Source of the DNA: Rotaria socialis
Taxonomy: Eukaryota
Length of the DNA stretch: 22,515 nucleotides
Direction: 5' to 3'
Assembly (NCBI GenBank): GCA_905331295.1
Contig: CAJNYD010000117.1
Span: forward strand, 248,001 to 270,515
Position numbers and translations under genes: made by a program. Below are positions 11,918 through 21,795 of this stretch, in pieces; position 1 is the stretch's first letter; every line of letters starts with the position of its first letter. Under the pieces are notes generated by a model, which worked only from the letters and a program-made list of their open reading frames with translations, was not told where the DNA came from and made no database searches.

Positions 11918-12565
11918 CTTAGTAAAAGTAAAAGAGTAATTATTTATATCGAAAATGTAGCCAATTATAAACTTGCAGATTTGAATAAGCATTTTTCAAT
12001 CTTATTTTTCGGTAGAAGCTATTCTTATGAAGAAGTCTGGAAAGTTGGCTAGTTTGCAAAATCTTCATGGACTTCGATGTTTGACGAAAAATTAAAGAAT
12101 CGAAAGTTAAAGAAGACTGAAATTCCTCAATTGAGTGATGCGTTCTCTCACAGCAAAGCTATCATCATAGTGAATGGGAAATACACATCATCTAGTCTTA
12201 AATTGAATACGAGTAGACACGGGCGCTAGAGAACATTCAGATACATGTTTGACAAAACAATCTCATCGATTCATGGCTATCATTCGAAGATATAACCGAA
12301 CAACTTATCATGGTAAAAGTCATTTGACGTCATGCGTCGCGTGTCTGCCGATTTAAGTAAAAAAAGATATAGAGTGATCGACTCATTTTTGTGGACCTTG
12401 CATGTATTTTTGAAGAAAAAGGGCCGTGTAAGTTGAAAAGTGAGATTTTTGTGATCTTCCTCTCCTCCTGATTATAGAAACTAATGACTGTAACATTCTG
12501 CTCATTAGCAACTGAATTAATCAGGTTACCATATCTTCCTTTTTTTGAATTAGGCACTATTAAAA

Positions 12566-13442
12566 AAGTTTCAGCACAATCCCTCTGGGATTAAAAATGT
12601 GAAACACGATATAGGCACTGCTGGTAATCACATGGAAATGTTATATACAATGGATTTTTTGTTGATTTTGTGCGACAGCTCATCTTTCACTGCCTGTGAT
12701 GATCTGTACTAGCCTCTAAGACCGTATTTCATAGACTGTGGTACCCCCGAAGGTCCTCTATAAGTCTCCGATGATCTCTGATGGCCGCTTATCATTGCTG
12801 TAATGTTCTTCCCGAGCGAATTGTATGGATGATGTTTTGCGCTTCTTAGCTGTATCTTTTTATCTTAGACATCGTCCGATTCCTTTTGTCCTTATTTTGA
12901 TATCCTACACCCTAAAAAAAGGTTTTCTACAGCACCTGTATCCAGGATAAGAACCTTTGGGGTTTTGCACAGTTTTACAGAATCTGAAAAAACTCAGATC
13001 TTTATCTACTAAACCTTTTTAGGTTCTGTAAAACTACAAAACCCCAAAGGTTCTTATCCTAGATACAGGTTCTGTAGAAATGTTTCTTTTAGATTGTACG
13101 TAGATAGTTGCCGCTATCTTCGATTCCCTTTCGTTCTCTGTAATAGTTGAGTAGTGAAGTGCGGCCATTAAATGTTATCGATGCGATAAATGATATGAAT
13201 AACAAAATAAAGCGTAATTTCATGTGCACGAATATTTCTTCTATCCAAAATCGTTACAACGGTCTGTGATGTTCTCTGAAGATTTTCTGCCAGGGTCTGC
13301 GATCGTCCTTCGAAGTCACCTGTATTGGCCTATGATGTTTTTCTGGGGCGTCTGTCAGGTTCTGGAAGGTGGGAAGTAGTGGATGGGTTCAAATTTCTAC
13401 CCTATACACTTTAACACCCCTTTTACGTCTTGTTTCACGAAA
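12566..13442 (-). mobile_element. HINE-like element copy 2 (intronic), carrying a nested MITE
   Basis: agcacaatccctctgggattaaaaatgtgaaacacga at the left end and caaatttctaccctatacactttaacaccccttttacgtcttgtttcacgaaa at the right end. Degenerate tctgtgatg-type internal repeats. Confidence 0.7.
12908..13096. mobile_element. Palindromic MITE with CAC-type end and TA target duplication, nested in HINE copy 2
   Basis: ta|caccctaaaaaaa ... ttttagattg|ta. Arms tttctacagcacctgtatccaggataagaacctttggggttttg / caaaaccccaaaggttcttatcctagatacaggttctgtagaaa. Confidence 0.85.
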
Positions 13443-13456
13443 TGCAAGGCGTGCTC

Positions 13457-13603
13457 ATTACAGAAGCTAGCAACACAGGGGGCTACAATTACAGGCACAA
13501 GCAACCAGATAGAGCTATCATTAAGAACCTTAGCAAACAGTCTCTATCCTCATTAGACTCACCAGCAAAGCAACGCCCCCACTCCTTACAGACGTAAGCA
13601 AAT
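13457..13603. repeat. Degenerate 31-33 nt tandem repeat, about 5 units
   Basis: Units start at 13457, 13488, 13520, 13552 and 13585, each with (a/c)tta...agcaa at constant spacing. Confidence 0.55.
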
Positions 13604-13658
13604 CGATTAGGCATTAATTATAAAGTTGAGTAGTCATGTTTAAGAGAAATTTGAGCTT

Positions 13659-14720
13659 TCGAAAAACCTGATTTAATCTGTTTAACACACCTATAAATAA
13701 TGATCAAGCATCGTTTCTAGTAGAATTCTTCCTTTAAACTTTGCTTTCACTGAGACTGGTTCTGTCAAATGAGTGCATAAATGTTGCATGCAAATCGAGT
13801 TCATACGTCCATGCTAATTAGATTTTTCTCATACAAGAACGTGATCAGTCGAGCCAGTATTAGCATCGTTTGATAGGGTTTCAAAAGGGCTGCAAGATTG
13901 CATGTGAACAGTCAAGAGAAATAGTGATCGATACAAGTTTATATAGGCCATACATCTATAATGTATGTAAATCATGGGTTATCATTTGCATTGGATACAG
14001 AGACGACCTATCCATGCTAACAGTCCACGACTCTGGCTTTGGCATGACTCGATAACGGCTTTTAGGCACTACGAATCGATAGGCATCCATCGAAAGAAAA
14101 ACATCGACCAGAAAAAGGATTCCACAGGCATCAACCGACATACACGTTTTAATGCCTGTTTTCTTTTCTGTTTTGCCGATTCGAATCAGAAAATCCAACA
14201 AATCAACAGATATAATACGGTATTTAAAACCAGCGCTCGAAAACAGGTGGATTCACAGAAATTTTCACGACTTTTGTCCACTTTCATTTTCTTCGAAAAT
14301 ACGCCCCCCCCCCTTTCCTGGCACAGCTCATGAATAAGTGAAAATTGAGTCTACCGAAAATGCATATATCATCTTGTTATGAGCTCGCACTATAGGCCCC
14401 AACACCGTTTCACACATCCTAGAAATCGGAGACGATGAGAAGCGCCTGGAGAAGTTGTAGATGCTAGATATCACACGAGTTCATGCTACTTGGGGAGATG
14501 TGGTGTATTACGTTTTCACTTCTGCAAGGGAGATGTCGCATATCCATAAGGAGATGCATCAGCGGCTTCTCTCGAAGGTTGTCAACTTCACGATATCTGA
14601 GATATGTGGCAGTCCAGAACCAGTCTCAGTGACAGCAAAGTTTAAGGGAAGAATTCTACTAGAAAGGATGCTTGCTCATTGTTTATGGGAGCCTTGGAGA
14701 GATTAAGTTCCGTTTTTCGA
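13659..14720. repeat. Inverted repeat pair, 106-nt arms at 13659-13764 and 14615-14720
   Basis: The inner 60 nt match at 57/60 by manual alignment (caagcatc.tttctagtagaattcttcc.ttaaactttgct.tcactgagactggttctg); the outer part is more diverged. Confidence 0.85.
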
Positions 14721-14773
14721 GAGGACCGTTTTTTTCTGAGCATCATCATCCTTTTTTTCGAGATTGAAATAGA

Positions 14774-15161
14774 TTTTGTGAAACACGATCTGAAAGGAGT
14801 GCTGAGATATATATAGGTAGAANCAAGACGTAAAAGGGGTGTTAAAGTGTATAGGGTAGAAATTTGAACCCATCCACTACTTCCCACCGTCCAGAACCTG
14901 ACAGAAGGTCTTAAAAGGTCATGACAAGAGTGTGACAGATAGTCATCAGAAGTTATCGCAGATTGGCAGATAGAGTTAAGACGTAGCAGAGTCCGTTACA
15001 GACCAGCTTCGAGTCTAGCGCAAATCATCAAATGCACTGACAAAGAAACTTTCTCACAAAACCAATAAAGACTCCAGGGCATACCACACTTTCATGTGAA
15101 TGCGAGCAGTAGGTATATCGTGTATCACATTCTTAATCCCAAAGGGATTGCGCTAACAGTT
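14774..15161 (+). mobile_element. HINE-like element copy 3 (intronic), opposite orientation, with duplicated 5' end around an N
   Basis: ttttgtgaaacacga ... tcgtgtatcaca ttctt aatcccaaagggatt gcgctaacagtt: 5' subTIR, 3' subTIR, hairpin and TT end. Confidence 0.7.
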
Positions 15162-15219
15162 CTTATACTGTCAGCTTATGATGGACATACAGTGAGAGAA
15201 TGGAAAGAGAGGAAAATGC

Positions 15220-15293
15220 TGACCTTCGTGGGGATCGAACCAACACCTCCTGCTATCCGGGCAGTTGCTCTAAGCCAATTAGACTGGAAGGCG
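15220..15293 (-). tRNA. tRNA-like element (pseudo-tRNA or tRNA-derived SINE head), intronic
   Basis: Minus strand reads cGCCTTC-CAGTCTAATTGGCTTAGAGC-AACTGC-CCGGATA-GCAGG-AGGT-GTTGGTTCGATCCCCAC-GAAGGTCA. Acceptor stem GCCTTC/GAAGGT, B-box GGTTCGATCC, anticodon-like stem CTGC/GCAG, and TTTT just downstream. U8 and U33 are absent and the D and T stems are imperfect, so it is probably not a functional tRNA. Confidence 0.65.
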
Positions 15294-15758
15294 CAATACA
15301 ACGCTAAGTGAGCGTCCAAGTGATGTATCATGGACGCTAACATATACTAGAGCTATTTTCCATTAGCTCAGTAAATCTAATCAACGTATGTGACTCTCAT
15401 ATTTTTAAACCGAAGCTCCTAGGTTAACAAGCTTTTTAACAGCGCGCGCAATTGAAAACTTGCATTTTCGTCAGATGGATACGACTCAAACAGTTTTCTT
15501 CTCTAAAAATTCGAAGATCATTGAAACAATCACGCAATGACCATCAATTTCCAATGGATTCACGCCTAATGTCGCAACGAGTCTATGGCTCTACTTTCAC
15601 AGTGACCAAAAAACTTATCTCCATCACAGGCCATGACTTGCGACGCTCTTAACTCTATCCATATCTACAAGAGTAGCATATAACACGACCAAGAAAAAAA
15701 CAGCCACCCAAAAATTCCTTCTTCAGAAACTACAAACCACAAGTCTACACGATCTTAC

Positions 15759-16199
15759 CTGGTGGCGCTGTTATAGTCGGAATCGTACTCTCCGATGTTA
15801 TGCTCGTCCTGGTGGTAGTAGCCAGAAGACCAATACTCGTTGGGCCTGATGCAGTGATTGAAAACACTGTAGTCACGCCTGGTGCATATGTTGTGACAAC
15901 CAAAATGTATGTAGACCCTGGTTGAAGGACGATTGTTATGTAAAACTGAAAATTGCCACCAGTTCCGCTGTTTTGAGCTATCAGATTGACATTAACGTTC
16001 GACGGATCGAAAGTGTTAACATACAAATAGCCGTATGCGTTAGCTGCGCTAAAACATGCAAAACTGTAATTGCCTGTCACAGACACGTTTATTTGAATGG
16101 CTTGATAATAAAAGGTGCCGGTGCTACCATATCGAGTAAATGTCTGACTGCTATTTGTCAATTCACTTGTGTAATTTGATGTAACAACTGTGGGAATGA
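15759..16199 (-). CDS. Coding exon 2: PPC-like (bacterial pre-peptidase C-terminal-like) beta-sandwich domain plus Thr/Ser-rich linker
   Basis: Lies within ORF 15745-16239. Acceptor aatttag|TC at 16200 (alternative in-phase acceptor cacag| at 16188), donor CCAG|gtaaga at 15758. 441 nt, phase 1 on both sides. Motifs YYQAIQINV...G.YSF, AYGYLY...FDPSN...NLIAQN, L.PG..YILVVTTY......FSI..SGP. Confidence 0.85.
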
Positions 16200-16894
16200 C
16201 TAAATTGAATGTTGTATATGTTACAGAGAAAATCAACAAGGAAGCATTGGGCTCTCGTGGGATAGACGTAGGCTATATGTTGGTTCGAAACTAGACATGT
16301 AACCATTGATGCTCGAATGGACTGAAGAACCTCTTGGAAGAAACATGTTATTGGGTATTGTAAAAAATGAATGGAACTCTTTGTGAATATGCGCTAGAGT
16401 TTTATAGCGAAAATCATGGAAAACTATTGTTCCGAAATTGTGATTCATAAGCGTGCAGTAGTTTCCATAAGAATTAAAGTAATGGTGATTGTTGCTTGAC
16501 GTTGGTTAGGTTTTTGGTTGGATACAGGTTATGTGCAAAAAGTCTTCTGATCCAATGTGAGTGGATGGGTATCTTGCTCCGCAAAGGTTGGCTGATTAGA
16601 GTCGCTAGCTGACAAGCTCGTAGAAACGGTTTCGAAAGGATGATGTAGCGACCCAGTTTTTCACATTCAAAGTCATTCCTTAGTTACTCGACTAGACGGC
16701 TGTGGTAGTTCTATTGCTATGAAAGACTTGTTGTTGTGGTTTAGTTCTTGAGAATTCGAATTTTCCACCTTTCGTGTGATGGAAAGTAATGCCGAATTAT
16801 TATAGATTTAATGGAGGCTTACGATTTGTTGGTTGATTTTTGTATTGAACTTTGATGCAGCAGTGTTATTTGCGTTATGCATCAGAAGGAAGAG

Positions 16895-16970
16895 AATGTT
16901 GACTTTAGGGGGATACGAAACGCGCATCTTGTGTTGCCCCGCACAATGCATTATCAGTAAGACTAACACC
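16895..16970 (-). pseudogene. Second, more degenerate tRNA-like element related to 15220-15293
   Basis: Plus-strand aatgttgactttagggggatacgaa parallels aatgctgaccttcgtggggatcgaa. A stem ttgtg/cacaa sits at the anticodon-arm position and agact is at the equivalent far end. Confidence 0.4.
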
Positions 16971-17438
16971 AAGTATTCGAGAAATTAATCAACTATAGGG
17001 CGGGGTACTATATAGTTTCTAGTGTGTTCTCTCATGAAGCTATCGAATCGATGAATAATATTGAAGTGTTCAAAATTGAAACTTTACATTTAGTTGAGTC
17101 TTTGCTAGGCAAGCTTGTACACGAAACTTCAGAATTTTCGCATTTAGTTTGTCCACAATAGGCATTTACCAAAATATAGTAGCCTTTTCATTAACATCGT
17201 GTAAAAAAAAGGGCTATGAAAAATGCATATGTGGTAGAAATGGCATCCAGAATCCTGAATCTGCGTACAAAAGCGACTCTACAGAAGATTTTTGTACGTG
17301 CACAGTTTGAAGTTTCAAAAATACTGTTATATTGATAAGCTGCAGTCCTTCATGAGAAAATGTGGTAAAATTTATCCTTTGTCGCAGTCAAAACTAATTA
17401 AGAGAGCACACCACTTCGAGATTATGGTAGTCTCGCGA

Positions 17439-17464
17439 TGGGTGTGGGTGTGGGGTGTGGGTGT
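17439..17464 (+). repeat. (TGTGGG)n-like interstitial repeat
   Basis: tgggtgtgggtgtggggtgtgggtgt, four G-runs. Confidence 0.7.
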
Positions 17465-17628
17465 CGATGAAGGTTAAACGCGCATACCCACCCATTCAAT
17501 GATTGCCATCTCAACATTTAAATTATGGATTCACAAGTTTCAGTAACTGGGGAATCCAGTTAACTGATACCGATTGACCAGTTGAAAAGTGGAGTTGGTG
17601 CATCCCTAGTTTCAAGGCTACAACTAAC

Positions 17629-17764
17629 CTGCAGTTTGCTTGGATAGATTTTCTACGATTACAACTGGTACTACAACTGCGACGATCACAACTACGGTAA
17701 CCACCGCTAGGCCAGCAATAATTCTCTTGAATCCTATCAGTGCTAACATGTCGCAGAGATACAT
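17629..17764 (-). CDS. Coding exon 1 of about 348-aa type II membrane/secreted protein: N-terminal signal anchor
   Basis: Acceptor ttttttgtttag ends at 17773 (5'UTR intron), ATG at 17764. Encodes MYLCDMLALIGFKRIIAGLAVVTVVVIVAVVVPVVIVENLSKQTA+G: KR followed by a long hydrophobic stretch. Donor CAG|gttagt at 17628, phase 1, compatible with the next exon. Confidence 0.82.
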
Positions 17765-19432
17765 CTTGAAATCTAAACAAAAAATGATGAATGTGAGCAT
17801 ATAAATATAAGGAGTAGCAATGCTCCAACGCTAATAAAGGAAATAATTTCGAAATTTGTCACCGAACGAACTGGAAGGTATTATCAGAAGCATCAACGTT
17901 ATTTTTATTCTGCGGATGTGCATGAAGAAAGAAAAAGCGAGATTCCTGCATCCCAACGTACCCAATTGTACAGTCGAACCTTGTCGAACGTATGCTTCCA
18001 AAATGTTGAGCTTTTTTCTTTGACTACTGTTCCGATATAGAAATTGGAGTCCAGCCTGCATAATTTTATTAAACGTCAGAACCCAAATATTTCATTTCGC
18101 TACAACATTTGAGTATCGATGAAGTACGACCGATTATTTGATGTTTAATAATCGATATACTTACTTAGGCTGGGCTTTAAATAGTATAACGGAACACTGG
18201 TAAATACAGGGGTTGAAATAGCTCAAAAATTTGCAGAAACACCCCCCGAATAGCCTTGAACTACATTGGTGTACGCTAGAATACAGCAGTCTAGCTTTCC
18301 CCTCCTTGAGTGTATAGGTAGGGTTATAATTATGGGTGTGCATGATTATGTGTGTACGGACGAAGAAAACGGCTAATCCTACATCGATATCTTATATTCA
18401 CATCCTCAGGATCATATTAAGTAACATAGTCTATTCAAAAGTGTTTCTATAACTAATTCGATAATTCTATTGTTAAAAATTTTATGCTTGGGATGATTGC
18501 TGATGTTTTTTATGTAAAATTTGTGAACGATAAATTGAATAGGGGTGAATGTATAATGCAGAGATCTACCTGGCAACAGTCGGTCGTTGGTGGACCAACC
18601 GATTCCGTCCTATCTGATTTAATCTAACAGGTATCAGTACCGGGCGACAAAAATTTAGTCTAATTCTATCTCTGTTGTGTATATTTCAACACTTATTTTA
18701 GATGGCGTCTCAGAAGATCGACGGATCGGGGGAGCTGTGCTAGTCGATGATCGATAGAGAGCGGGAATGATGGATGTTCAGAAAACTTATTTAGGGTTAT
18801 GACCGAGCAGATTTCATGAGAATCACAAAGCAAGCTTCGCATCGTATCGAAAATCTATCTTCTGTATATCTTTATCAGTTATATAGTCTCTAACGCCAGT
18901 TTTTTAAATAAAGAAGAATCTTTCATGGCTATTTTATAGGTGGTAATAATTTTAAAAAGAAAGATCCACACCAAAGTATAATAAATTTATGAACAGATTG
19001 CAAAGGGTTTTTGACAAATCTCAGATTAAAAAATTAAAAATGAAGTCTTCACATTGGTTCTATCCAGACCTACCACCTCTTCTGCTTTTAGCAGAAAAAT
19101 TCTGCTTTTTAAAGGTTTTCCTGCTTCTTTTATACTATGTTATTTATATTTTTAACGAACATTTTCCATCTCAAAGATCTTTTTTTCATAATTATAAAAG
19201 AATCTTGATCAATAATTACTGATGATTTTGTTTGATTCAAATTCTTTCAATTTTAAAAAGATGATCTTTATTTTCTACTAGGCGCAAACAATCACTAATG
19301 TGTGTTCTTTTATCTTCAATCGATCATTTACGCATTTTTTTCTTCCCTTTTATGCTGTGTTAGTCATTGAATTCGCTTACATTCCTTTTTATTGTAGTTT
19401 GGTGGATACAATAATTAATGTCATTAGTAAAA

Positions 19433-20154
19433 CAAGTTGGATGCGATATGCCTCCCGTAAAGATTGTAGATTTTCAGTGTGAAAACTCATAAAATCCGTC
19501 AAAATCTTAGTAGAATTTTTAGTCAGCTGTTCTCGCTCTGTCCAATAGTGATAGTAGATTTCGACTAACCCCCTCCCCCACAATAAAAGACCCCAGGTCT
19601 TCTATTATGTTCCAGCGTAAAAATTTTCCAAGGGGGGCCTTCTATTAAGAACCGCATTTTTCCTAATATTTAATTTAAAAGGTTTTCCAGAAAACTAAGA
19701 CGATTTTCAGGATTTTCAGGGTTTTAAGCATGTCATTATAATTGTGAACACATTCTCTTAATATTTCCAGCTCAAAATGCTAAGAATCAGTCATATTTTC
19801 ATAGAAAAACCCTAATTAAAGTTTGTAATTAGCAAAAATTAATTAATTAAAGGGGAGGTCTTCTATTACGTTCGGCAAACATTTTCTCCAGGGTGGTCTT
19901 CTATAATGGGAGGGGGGGGGGATTAGCATTAAAAGAGTTCTAAGATTTGACTAAAATTCTGATTTTTTTGTCCACATTTTTCATCAAATCTTGTCGAATT
20001 TTAGAAATTGTTTTAATGTTGGGCGAAATCTAGCATCACTATGGAATAGAGCGAGAAAAAATGAATAAAAATGATAGAAAGATCTGATCAGATTTTATGC
20101 GTTTTCATATCGAAAATCTACAATCTTTTTGGGAGGTATATCACATCCAACTCG
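19433..20154. mobile_element. Foldback MITE interrupted by a younger element
   Basis: agttggatgcgatatgcctcccgtaaagattgtagattttc / gaaaatctacaatctttttgggaggtatatcacatccaact. The palindrome resumes at 19926-20020 after the insertion. Confidence 0.85.
19568..19923. mobile_element. TA-flanked MITE with C-rich/G-rich TIRs and internal GGTCTTCTATTA repeats
   Basis: ta|accccctcccccacaataaaagacc ... ggtcttctataatgggagggggggggat|ta. gg(t/c)cttctat(t/a)a occurs four times in direct orientation. Confidence 0.8.
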
Positions 20155-20167
20155 AGTCAAGCCCTCT

Positions 20168-20260
20168 CCAATTCAAATCCAAAAGCGAAATCAAATCTAG
20201 ACAGTCCCAGTCAAGTCTAGGATTTGAATTTGACTGGATTTGGGTTTGGCGCATCCCCAG
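20168..20260. repeat. Short degenerate inverted-repeat element, hAT-like end
   Basis: aattcaaatcc...aaatctagac / gtctaggatttgaatt. The end ttggcgcatccccag resembles ttggtgcatccctag at about 17595-17609. Confidence 0.45.
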
Positions 20261-21744
20261 TAATTATCATCAAGAGTTAACCAGTAAAAAGACATCGATA
20301 AACGATGTGTTCAACAGAGGTTTATTAAAAGTCATTGAATCAAATGAGAACTATACATCCAAAAGAATGCGATCAATAATCTTACTTATTTTTTAATTAA
20401 ATGTTTTTCTTGATTCAATAAACATCAAACTTTGATGTGAAAGTTCTTGATTAGTACGTAAGAACAAAGTTTACAAATAGCTATATATCGCAAATATACT
20501 TTCTTCTTTTTCTCTGCTTTTCCAGAAACAAAATTCTGTCATTTTCTGCTTTTCGGACTTCAAAAGGTGGCAGCACTGTTCAATCCACTTATTTCTCATG
20601 AATACAAAAGGGATTTTTATACAGCTTTTTGTTAAAAACTACAAGACAGCTTTCCCATTTTTCGAGAAATTTTAGAAAACAAGACAATCTTTTTAATTAT
20701 CATATTTATTTCTACCAAGCTTTCTAGGCTACTGACTGAGCAAAGACAACAGCTTTCTCGTACTTCAGAAGTAAATAAGGATAAACGAACTACGTAGGTT
20801 CTAGACCATTTTCCAGATTATCTTGGCTCATCGTACTCCGTCGAATAAATTTGATACTGCTAAGAAATTTATATCTCACTCCACCAACAGCGTAGCATTC
20901 TAGAGGAAACTAGCCAGATTTCAATCGAAATTTATTCACCTGTGGAAGTATTTGAGAAGACATGCATGTTGAGGAACAGAGTTGATGATTTAACACTGAT
21001 CCTCAAAAAGAACTGATCTCATGGGACTGTTCCCGAAAACGAACTGGTCCTACGAGACATTTCCTGGCAAAGAACCGGTTCAAAGAACTGTGAACTGTCC
21101 TAGGCCTAGTGAAGAGGAGGGTATCGCTTTTGGGATGGCTATGCTTTTTCTCTCTTATTCTTCAGTGACACCTAACGCATGACTAAAAGAGCATGGTGAC
21201 TTAATTGCAGGATGAAATGGAATCGAATGGAATTAAACTCGTTCCGTGCCTAGAACTAGCTCCGCAATGTTCAACATCGCGGAATGGGATTTATTCTCTT
21301 TAACTCACTAGCTATATCTAGCTATATCAAAAAAATCGCCGATCAATAGAACTTTGCTCTAGTTTCGAGTCAATGACTTGTTAAACAATTTAACCGGAAC
21401 GAGAAACATTAAACCTACGAACCTTTCGTTGATGAAAAATATCCGATTTTTCAGATTGAGGTTCGAAAAAAAAGCAATTGTTTTTCAATGAAACATAAAA
21501 AATGATAGCTGCTCACGAACTTTACTTTCAAAGCCATTCAGTATTTACTTTTATTGGTGACTTCGATGGATTTTATAGAAAACAAAAATAGCGTTGCCCT
21601 TGTACGCCTTCATTTTTACGTTGAAACTGTAATCTTCCAAATAAACAGGAGAAAGAAGGAAAAATTTTTCTTCCGACAAAAATTTTTCTTCTGACGAAAA
21701 TATTCCTTGCTGCTTCCATGAATCTTTTCTTTTGCAAACAATCT

Positions 21745-21765
21745 TGAGGGTGTGGGTGTGGGTGT
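21745..21765 (+). repeat. TGAGGG-(TGTGGG)2 interstitial repeat
   Basis: tgagggtgtgggtgtgggtgt. Confidence 0.65.
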
Positions 21766-21795
21766 ACGTAAATTAATGAAAAACAGATCAACCTA

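Larger units (their letters stand above)
19065..20578. mobile_element. Old hAT-like non-autonomous element hosting two nested insertions
   Basis: Left cagacctaccacct vs right end reverse-complemented cagtgctgccacct. Subterminal ttctgctttt/gcagaaaa motifs near both ends. Flanks ttctatc(c) and ttcaatc(c) resemble a target-site duplication. Confidence 0.5.

Noticed and set aside
13870..14887. Cluster of short ORFs between the inverted repeats as a transposase or cargo gene
   Set aside because: No DDE, HUH/Rep, helicase or RT motifs recognised; the ORFs overlap in several frames and run into repeats.
15220..15293. Functional tRNA-Ser(GGA) or a recoding tRNA
   Set aside because: Lacks U8, U33 and the long variable arm, and has stem mismatches; kept only as a tRNA-like element.
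11595..16179. Plus-strand ORFs 11595-11849 and 15922-16179
   Set aside because: Antisense to well-supported coding exons.
16233..16760. Extra exon or retroelement fragment in intron 1
   Set aside because: No convincing splice pair or recognisable motif; multiple stops.
17523..17828. 101-aa Cys/Arg-rich ORF
   Set aside because: Wrong frame across the signal-anchor exon, running through both splice sites; the frame from ATG 17764 splices correctly.
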